A stretch of 29,733 nt of DNA from a virus (taxonomy: Duplodnaviria; Caudoviricetes). The notes below the pieces were generated by a model that did no database searches, had not been told where the DNA came from, and was given only the letters and a program-made list of their open reading frames with translations. A program made the position numbers and the translations under genes. Location: the IMG/VR virus record IMGVR_UViG_3300020045_006707, positions 1 through 29,733 of that record; one strand, written 5' to 3'. This document shows, piece after piece, positions 18,454-24,820 of the stretch. Numbering within the stretch: the first letter of the stretch is position 1; each line of letters opens with the position of its first letter.

Positions 18454-18463
18454 TATGTTTTCC

Positions 18464-19246
18464 TTATACTAATTTCTTCCAACCAACAAAAACGCTTGGT
18501 TGCGCCCCCCCACCACTTTCCAATCCATAATGGGACTTAGTAAACGATTCAGTTCCAGTTTGGGCAGAATATGCTTTACCTTCATGAACTGAAACGATAT
18601 CAGAAATCTTAATTGGATGGGGAATCCCTACTTCATGTTCCCCTGTTCCGGCAATTTTTACGCCCGTGCCCGGATTCTTTACCCCAACCACATAAACATT
18701 ATGCTTTCCTGAAGCTTTGAATTGCATTGGGGCAAACGAATGGGCATATGATTGGGCTGAAGAAGGATCAGTTGAATAATAGGTCAATCCTTCTTGTCCC
18801 CCCATATTGAATTCGCCTTTAGAATGAATCTGTCCAGTATTTTTAAGATCATGAAATTCTTCGTGAGACATTCCCCGATAGATCACGTTCGGGGTTTCTT
18901 TTTCTTGAATGGTTTGTTTATATTCAGAATCTGGTTTCAAACTTGCCATGTTTCTTGCAAATGGTTCTTCTGCATTATGAAGTTTCAATTCAGACATTTT
19001 TGGATCATACCAACCGTGCGATGACCTATCAGGATACTTTGGTTGGGATAGATAATCTAATGCCCCTTCTGGTTTCTTTGCGTTATAAAGAATATCAAAT
19101 GACGTATAATGTCTTGAATCATCCTTTTTGATTTTAGTAATGTCAAATCTTCCTGTTGATGTAATCTTATCAATATGGGGTTGAAGACTTGGTTCGTTGA
19201 CTTCTTCAGTCAACATTTTGGTATAGGCTTGGCGAATGGGTTCCAC
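18464..19246 (-). CDS. Second putative ADP-ribosyltransferase (R-S-E clade), nested in-frame in the 763-aa ORF, GTG start, 260 aa
   Basis: Begins VEPIRQAYTKMLTE, compared with MEPIRQAYIQMLTE in the next gene. ACTAAATA box at 19276-19269. Motifs IYRGMS, YYSTDPSSAQSYA and GEHEV. Confidence 0.65.
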   Translation of the reverse strand: MEPIRQAYTKMLTEEVNEPSLQPHIDKITSTGRFDITKIKKDDSRHYTSFDILYNAKKPEGALDYLSQPKYPDRSSHGWYDPKMSELKLHNAEEPFARNMASLKPDSEYKQTIQEKETPNVIYRGMSHEEFHDLKNTGQIHSKGEFNMGGQEGLTYYSTDPSSAQSYAHSFAPMQFKASGKHNVYVVGVKNPGTGVKIAGTGEHEVGIPHPIKISDIVSVHEGKAYSAQTGTESFTKSHYGLESGGGAQPSVFVGWKKLV

Positions 19247-20755
19247 AGGTTCTTTCTGTTGTTCTTCATATTTAGTGATTATATAGAACATTCCTTGAGT
19301 CATATTTTTCTTAGTTACAAAGGGGCTTGCAACCATCATACTTCTATATTCACATACACTATACGGCAATAAATTCAACGAATCGGCATAATTGATATAT
19401 AAATTATATGTTGGTGCAGACTGATATTTACCGTCTTTTAATGTATCAACAAAAGAACTAACAGAACAATATTCGCCGGATGATATCAAAATATCGTTGA
19501 ATTCATAATTATGAAAATATGTATCAGAAATTAAGACTGCACTGACTGCATCCATACAAAAAACATTGGTTTCTTCTACTTCTTGGGTCAAATTTCTTAT
19601 TGACAATCGCATCATACTTTGGTACAATGTGTTACCTGACATACTAAAAATGATATCTTCTTGAGAAAATTTAAGGATATTTTTCATGTATGCAGATAAC
19701 ACTGAACTTGGGTTCAAAGCACTTTCAAACACAAAATTACATTTATCTAGATGGCTATTAACCCCATGACAGTTATGAGGAATTAATTCACAATTATCAT
19801 CCAATTTAGAATCATCAGATTTGTTCCGCAATAGAATATATTTTTGTTCCCCAATACGTTCCTTTGTATAATCACGAAATTTATCTAATCGTTCTGGGTA
19901 TTTCCCATTTTTACATTTTGTATGATGATAAATAAGGTCATCATTCATGGTAGATGCATGAAAAATAACTGGTCGATCATGTTTTTCAAATTCCCTATCA
20001 TACTTGATAGTTGCCCCATGTGTTTTCAGGAGAATGCCCATTGGGGTAGTATGAAATGCTGCCGAATAAACATAGACAGATTTATACAGTTCCAAAATAG
20101 AAAAATCAAGACATCCAAAAATATTAATCTTGTCTGCTTGATTTTCCAGTAAACTATTATAATTTGTTGTAGATAGATGTTTGATGAAACTTCTATTTTC
20201 AATTTTAGTCATTAGCTGATAGTTAATCAAATCTGACTTCAGGCCAGTTTTTCTAATATCAACTTCGACAAATCCATTTTCTTCATTTGTTTTTCGGAAA
20301 TACGGGGATAAATCAGGGGAAACGATTGAAAATGTAGTATCTGTTGATTGAATATGGGAAATAGTTTCTGACCAGTATGGAACGGGGGCTTCATCAAAGA
20401 TTAATCTAAACTTAGAAAGGGTATCCTTAGAAATCCCTTTATGATCAATCATCTTGAATGCTTCATGAGTGATGCATATGACGGTGGTATCAAGAAGTCG
20501 GGAAATGAAATCTTTTCCTACTGTTTGACCTTCTTTATTACCTTCACTATTGATGATAGCAAAGTCTGGATATGAAACACCATCTTTTATTAGATGGGCT
20601 TGATATTCTTTTTGAAGGGGAATAGAGGCGACAACAAGAATAGCTTTGTCTTGATTCTGGACATATGTCTTAATCTTTTCCCGACATTTTGTTGATTTAT
20701 AGTTTCCTGCGCCGGATGAGTCGCATGTGATTTTTAATTGTGATAATAGTGTCAT
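18464..20755 (-). CDS. SF2 helicase-like/origin-binding-like protein (first ~500 aa) reading through into the ART-like domain
   Basis: Degenerate Walker A SSGAGNYKST, ILVVASIPLQKEY, ICITH, IFDEAP, YSAAF, HGVN and YQSMMRLSIR. Confidence 0.6.
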   Translation of the reverse strand: MTLLSQLKITCDSSGAGNYKSTKCREKIKTYVQNQDKAILVVASIPLQKEYQAHLIKDGVSYPDFAIINSEGNKEGQTVGKDFISRLLDTTVICITHEAFKMIDHKGISKDTLSKFRLIFDEAPVPYWSETISHIQSTDTTFSIVSPDLSPYFRKTNEENGFVEVDIRKTGLKSDLINYQLMTKIENRSFIKHLSTTNYNSLLENQADKINIFGCLDFSILELYKSVYVYSAAFHTTPMGILLKTHGATIKYDREFEKHDRPVIFHASTMNDDLIYHHTKCKNGKYPERLDKFRDYTKERIGEQKYILLRNKSDDSKLDDNCELIPHNCHGVNSHLDKCNFVFESALNPSSVLSAYMKNILKFSQEDIIFSMSGNTLYQSMMRLSIRNLTQEVEETNVFCMDAVSAVLISDTYFHNYEFNDILISSGEYCSVSSFVDTLKDGKYQSAPTYNLYINYADSLNLLPYSVCEYRSMMVASPFVTKKNMTQGMFYIITKYEEQQKEPVEPIRQAYTKMLTEEVNEPSLQPHIDKITSTGRFDITKIKKDDSRHYTSFDILYNAKKPEGALDYLSQPKYPDRSSHGWYDPKMSELKLHNAEEPFARNMASLKPDSEYKQTIQEKETPNVIYRGMSHEEFHDLKNTGQIHSKGEFNMGGQEGLTYYSTDPSSAQSYAHSFAPMQFKASGKHNVYVVGVKNPGTGVKIAGTGEHEVGIPHPIKISDIVSVHEGKAYSAQTGTESFTKSHYGLESGGGAQPSVFVGWKKLV

Positions 20756-20795
20756 TGAGTGAATGGTTAAAAGTTAAAATGTTTTTCGGGTTCAT
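20697..20795 (-). CDS. 32-aa upstream ORF/leader peptide overlapping the helicase-like start
   Basis: SD GAGGA (20807-20803) then ATG at 20795. Translation is MNPKNILTFNHSLNDTIITIKNHMRLIRRRKL*. Confidence 0.45.
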   Translation of the reverse strand: MNPKNILTFNHSLNDTIITIKNHMRLIRRRKL

Positions 20796-20814
20796 ATAAG
20801 TTTCCTCTGTTTTA

Positions 20815-20998
20815 CTTCCGGGTCTAACGCAGAAGGGGGTTTATTAATCAGTTTTAGTCTATGGGGTAACATTTCCGCGCCTCCACTTACAGCGCCCAAA
20901 CCATAAGGGGTTAGACTTCCCTTATAATCCCCAAGAACCCCATAGACTAAAACTGACTAACCATAATAAATGTAGACATAAACTTTAACGCCTACATT
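20815..20998 (-). ncRNA. Structured cis-regulatory RNA candidate (multi-stem with kissing loops)
   Basis: A 20-bp perfect stem pairs 20848-20867 with 20937-20956. Hairpins lie at 20969-20998, 20903-20925 and 20815-20835. Stem mismatches are G-U pairs on the minus strand. Confidence 0.6.
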
Positions 20999-20999
20999 C

Positions 21000-21019
21000 T
21001 ATTTAGGGTAATTGTAACA
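21000..21019 (-). promoter_or_regulatory. Tandem extended -10 (TGTTACAAT) and late box (CCTAAATA) upstream of the structured leader
   Basis: Minus-strand TGTTACAAT at 21019-21011 and CCTAAATA at 21007-21000. Confidence 0.55.
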
Positions 21020-21177
21020 TAGGAACCCGTGTTTTTGGGTCTTTTTTGAAGAAAGATGAAAATATATTTTCGGGCTTGGATTTTGCGCTCACCGATTAAA
21101 AGAAATCATGGAGAGACACATTATTGTTAAAGACTATCTCCATGTTTTAGAAGTCTGTATCCTAAACAAAAATAAAT

Positions 21178-21570
21178 AACAACTGAGTCTAGTAGGAACG
21201 TTCTGACGTAGGAAGAACTTCCTGTTCCCGTAGGGAACTCATAGAACAACTAAGGCGGTTTAGAAATTTATTTTGTAACGTATAAATATTTTCTAATCAT
21301 TATAGAAGTGTTTAAAGGTCTTAGAACCATCTACAATCGTTTTAAATGGTTTCTAATACATTGTATCTAATTATAATTTCTAAACGATTCTAAACAGGTT
21401 TAAATGGATTCTAGAACTATTATAAACCATTATAGAAAAGTAAATTTCGATCATGAAGTTACTTTGAAATCGTATAAAGAAAATTTCTAAACAAAACGCA
21501 GTTGTACCCTTTAGCCCTAACGGGCAAGGTGGTCTTCCTTCGTCAGACACACCTACTAGACTTAGTTGTT
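21178..21570. repeat. ~400-bp imperfect palindrome with an AT-rich core
   Basis: Nested complementary blocks: 21178-21196/21552-21570, 21202-21216/21533-21547, 21246-21251/21500-21505, 21258-21269/21481-21492 and 21335-21342/21382-21389. Confidence 0.85.
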
Positions 21571-21689
21571 TTTAAACAGTTTTTGTTGTAAATAAACAAC
21601 ATCTAAGTTCAACTGAGTTTCCCCCCCTTAGAACAACTTCAACCCTGTTGAGTGCATTTTCGTGATACAATAGAACCATCTAAATTCAA

Positions 21690-21944
21690 ATGAATATCAT
21701 GAAACTAAACATTAGGGCATACACAAGCAAAATACAGGGTTCCAGAGGAAGGGAAACGCCAATCTATACTTCAAACACTGATGATTGGAAGACTGCAACA
21801 TTGGTAGCAAGACAGTTAGCTAAGGAATATGGGACTTGTGTTGTCGAAGATACAAATTCTGGTCAACGGGTATGGGTTGAAGCATATGAAGTGATTATGG
21901 CAGAACGGGTTGAAGAAGAATTGCGAAAAAGGAACTTATCATGA
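21690..21944 (+). CDS. Hypothetical protein
   Basis: Preceded by extended -10 TGATACAAT at 21663-21671. Overlaps the next ORF by ATGA. Confidence 0.6.
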   Translation: MNIMKLNIRAYTSKIQGSRGRETPIYTSNTDDWKTATLVARQLAKEYGTCVVEDTNSGQRVWVEAYEVIMAERVEEELRKRNLS

Positions 21945-22207
21945 TCTACAAAATTTTCTACGAATTCAAGAATGCATCAAACAAGACCACATTTGATACT
22001 TCTTCCTTGATCATTGCATCCAACCCAAAAGAAGCTTTGGAATCATGGGCATTACATAAGACTGATTTTGTCAAGAAGAATTTGACTAATTTGGGAGTTC
22101 ATGAACTTCAGAGGGATTATTATGGAAGATACAACAAAGTTTATACTGTTCTGAACGATGATGAGACTATGGAAATTATTCAGGAATTCAGGAAAAGTTT
22201 GATATAA
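21941..22207 (+). CDS. Hypothetical protein
   Basis: SD AAGGA and an ATGA overlap with the previous ORF. Confidence 0.65.
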   Translation: MIYKIFYEFKNASNKTTFDTSSLIIASNPKEALESWALHKTDFVKKNLTNLGVHELQRDYYGRYNKVYTVLNDDETMEIIQEFRKSLI

Positions 22208-22217
22208 TAAAGATATT

Positions 22218-22294
22218 GGGTTTATCGTCTAATTGGTTAAGACCCAGCCCTCATAAGACTGAGAATTTCAGATCATACCTGAATGAACCCACCA
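22218..22294 (+). tRNA. tRNA-CAT (Met or Ile2)
   Basis: Acceptor GGGTTTA/TGAACCC plus ACCA, D stem GTCT/AGAC, anticodon loop CTCATAA, T stem TTCAG/CTGAA with atypical loop ATCATAC. TGATATAAT lies at 22200-22208. Confidence 0.8.
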
Positions 22295-22350
22295 TAAAAT
22301 TGATCTTAAATAGATCAATGCTTGATAGTTGCATTAGAACCTATCAATTT

Positions 22351-22426
22351 CTCCGATTAATATAGTCTGGTAGTATCCATGCTTTGGGAGCATGTAGCGT
22401 AGGTTCAAATCCTACATTGGAGACCA
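22351..22426 (+). tRNA. tRNA-Pro(TGG)
   Basis: Acceptor CTCCGAT/ATTGGAG plus ACCA, anticodon arm CATGC-TTTGGGA-GCATG, T arm GTAGG-TTCAAAT-CCTAC. Confidence 0.92.
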
Positions 22427-22439
22427 AGAATTCTTAGGT

Positions 22440-22512
22440 GTGACTATAGCTTAATGGTAAAGTCAAGGATTGTGATTCCTTTTATCTGAGTTCAATTCTC
22501 AGTAGTCACCCC
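22440..22512 (+). tRNA. tRNA-His(GTG)
   Basis: Acceptor GTGACTA/TAGTCAC with C73, anticodon arm AAGGA-TTGTGAT-TCCTT, T arm CTGAG-TTCAATT-CTCAG. Confidence 0.88.
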
Positions 22513-22577
22513 TAAGAAATTTAAATGTATCATAAATCACCCATTAACCCTTTAATGTAACTTTAATGACCCATTAA

Positions 22578-24212
22578 TCAAAACACATACAAGTCTTGGC
22601 CTTCCCCCCATTCCTGCCAAACATCATTCCCAATCACCATTGTTTCTAATTCTTTAGATGAATCTCCCCGATTCACATATCCCAATGGCAACATCTGTTC
22701 ATCAATATCCTGAAGTTGTCTTTTGTACAATTGTTCCCTTAAAGAATAATCAAATAAGTCTTTGAACACGGGTTGGGTTGTCAGATAAGCAAACATAACA
22801 TGGGTCATGACCATATCATCATGTTTCTGATCATCAGCACAATATGATTTACCCTTTCTAATAAATGTTGAAAATTCTGTAATAGTTTCAGCATCATTCA
22901 CCATCAAAGAATCATTTTCGATTAATCCTTTCAGGATATCACAACCAACAGCTTTTGTTCTTGTTGTGGTTCTACAACCGGGGGCAGAATTCTTCCCGCC
23001 CCCTTCTTTGATTTCTTCTTTGACTGTCATATAGACATTTTCATATTCTAAGTCATAGAATAAAGTATCAGCAACTTGTTGCCCAAGATCATTAGTTTCA
23101 ATCAGAACAAAAGCTGCATTATATTTGGTTGCTGATTTGAAAATGATTTCAGGAAATACTAAAGTTGAAATTGTGTTATCCCTAAAAGTAGAAACAACTT
23201 CATAAGGCATGGTTGATATATCAAAAATAGTGAAAGTAGAATAATCAAGATTTGCGCCCCTTGAAACATCTACAGTCATGACATATTGATGATCGGGAAT
23301 GGGATTGAAATATTCTTTTAGGTTAGGAAGGGTTCTTATTGGATTAATTGAGACTAAGGAAGCTATTTTGGAACCTTGTACAAGGGTGTTTGATGAAGAA
23401 TTGAAATTCGTCATTACTTCTTGTTGAAATTTTAATTCCCCAAGTTCAGCCCGTTGATTATCTAGCCATGCTTGATCCCGACCTGGATTTTCATACCATT
23501 CAGCATTTACTTTAGCAAAACCATTTTTACCACTTTCGGCATCAATATAAATTTTAGCAAAGTGGTTCAATCCTTTAGGAGTAGATACAATAATTAATTT
23601 TGCAGTATCAGAGGAAGAAATTGTTGGGAATACTGATGCAATAAATTCGTCTGCAAGATTGGATGACAGATGCGCAAATTCATCGCAAAAAATGGCGTCC
23701 AAACTGAAGCCACGGATGGCAGATGGGGATGTTGCAGAACAGAAAACCGTTGATCCATTTTCTAATGTTAATGAAGTTTTATTCCATTCCGCAACACCTT
23801 GTTGTAACCACTTAGGACAATTTTCGATGATAAATTGAACACGGGAAAAAATTTCTTTTGCAACTGCCATTTTATTAGCAAGAATAGCAGAATGTGTATT
23901 CTTTCCCCCAAATAAAACAAACCAAGCAAAATATCCCGCAACAATCTGAGACTTGCCCATTTGTCTTCCGATTTTCCCGATAATTTTCCTATTATTTAGG
24001 ATAGCATGGATCATTCGCTTTTGATAAACAAATAGTTTAAATGGAACTACACCTTTACCAACTGCAACGATCTTACCATAATTTTCTAAAAAGTAAATTG
24101 GGTCTTGAGAACACTTAGCATATTCTTGAACTTGATGTTCGGTGAAATATAACTTTTCCCCAATCTGTTTTAGATTTTGATTTCCCCGAAATGCATTTCT
24201 TGATGTTGCCAT
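22578..24212 (-). CDS. gp17: Terminase large subunit (T4 gp17-like)
   Basis: KC..DPIYF..NY, RQMGKS (Walker A), ILANK...AKEI, FCDEFAH, IIVSTPKG.NHF, TVDVSRG...DYS and HDDMVM. Confidence 0.96.
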   Translation of the reverse strand: MATSRNAFRGNQNLKQIGEKLYFTEHQVQEYAKCSQDPIYFLENYGKIVAVGKGVVPFKLFVYQKRMIHAILNNRKIIGKIGRQMGKSQIVAGYFAWFVLFGGKNTHSAILANKMAVAKEIFSRVQFIIENCPKWLQQGVAEWNKTSLTLENGSTVFCSATSPSAIRGFSLDAIFCDEFAHLSSNLADEFIASVFPTISSSDTAKLIIVSTPKGLNHFAKIYIDAESGKNGFAKVNAEWYENPGRDQAWLDNQRAELGELKFQQEVMTNFNSSSNTLVQGSKIASLVSINPIRTLPNLKEYFNPIPDHQYVMTVDVSRGANLDYSTFTIFDISTMPYEVVSTFRDNTISTLVFPEIIFKSATKYNAAFVLIETNDLGQQVADTLFYDLEYENVYMTVKEEIKEGGGKNSAPGCRTTTRTKAVGCDILKGLIENDSLMVNDAETITEFSTFIRKGKSYCADDQKHDDMVMTHVMFAYLTTQPVFKDLFDYSLREQLYKRQLQDIDEQMLPLGYVNRGDSSKELETMVIGNDVWQEWGEGQDLYVF

Positions 24213-24214
24213 TT

Positions 24215-24244
24215 TATTCCTATAATATTATAGGAATATTTAAT
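24215..24244 (-). promoter_or_regulatory. 24-bp palindrome sequestering the gp17 RBS, overlapped by a late promoter box
   Basis: tattcctataatattataggaata (24215-24238) contains the minus-strand AGGA. ATTAAATA lies at 24244-24237. Confidence 0.7.
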
Positions 24245-24245
24245 A

Positions 24246-24728
24246 TTACTTTGATTTTGTGTTCTGTCTATTGTGTAATGCAGTCTTTGCATCATCTAAA
24301 GACATACCTTGATTGATAAAATATTCAATCTTAGTATTATTTGTTTCTGGGGAATTCAATTTTGCTAATGAAATATTTTCGGATACAATCTTTATTTTGC
24401 GTTCTATTTCTAATTCGGTTAAACCAAGATACCCAACGAAATTTTTGTTCAACGCACTGTACTTTCCCCCATGACCTGCTGCTGGATTATTTTCCCCGGA
24501 AAATTTTAACTTCTTGTCAGGACAAACACACATAAAGTTTAAACATTCTTCTTTTGATAGTTTATGAACTTTTTGAAAATGCCCTGATAAATCACGTCCA
24601 CGAAATCTACAAATATGACATTCGACCCAATTGATGTTACGTTCATCTTCATTACAATATTTTTCGATTGATTCTTTGCGACGTTTTTCTTGGGCGTTCT
24701 TAGCGTTTTGTTCAACATTTCTTGCCAT
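24246..24728 (-). CDS. C2H2 zinc-finger protein resembling the N-terminal, nuclease-less part of a homing endonuclease (possible remnant)
   Basis: SD AAGGA before ATG 24728. Contains CHIC......L..H...H and SGENNP. NTKIEYFINQGMSLDDAKTALHNRQNT matches HTCIEYYLSKNYSLEEATSILSERQST in ORF 6735, then the ORF stops. Confidence 0.6.
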   Translation of the reverse strand: MARNVEQNAKNAQEKRRKESIEKYCNEDERNINWVECHICRFRGRDLSGHFQKVHKLSKEECLNFMCVCPDKKLKFSGENNPAAGHGGKYSALNKNFVGYLGLTELEIERKIKIVSENISLAKLNSPETNNTKIEYFINQGMSLDDAKTALHNRQNTKSK

Positions 24729-24777
24729 GGGGATTCCTTTAAGTATAAGTAAATAAGGCATTATACATCAAAACCAA

Positions 24778-24797
24778 GTTTGCCTAAATAGATGATA
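24778..24797 (+). promoter_or_regulatory. Late promoter of the tail sheath operon
   Basis: CCTAAATA at 24783-24790, within a 20-mer identical to 17066-17085. Confidence 0.7.
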
Positions 24798-24820
24798 AAG
24801 ATATTTTTAAAGGATTTAAT

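Noticed and set aside
20870-20930. Cobalamin riboswitch or hammerhead ribozyme identity for the structured leader (minus strand has AGGGAA, GCTGTAA and GGAAA)
   Set aside because: It lacks the GGUG...AAUCC T-loop arm and B12 box of cobalamin riboswitches and the CUGANGA core of hammerheads. Only short words match.
21107-21144. 8-bp inverted repeat catggaga/tctccatg
   Set aside because: It is short with a long loop and has no supporting context, so it cannot be told from chance.
20800-21690. CRISPR array in the long non-coding region
   Set aside because: The repeats are inverted, not regularly spaced direct repeats with unique spacers, and there are no cas genes in the window.
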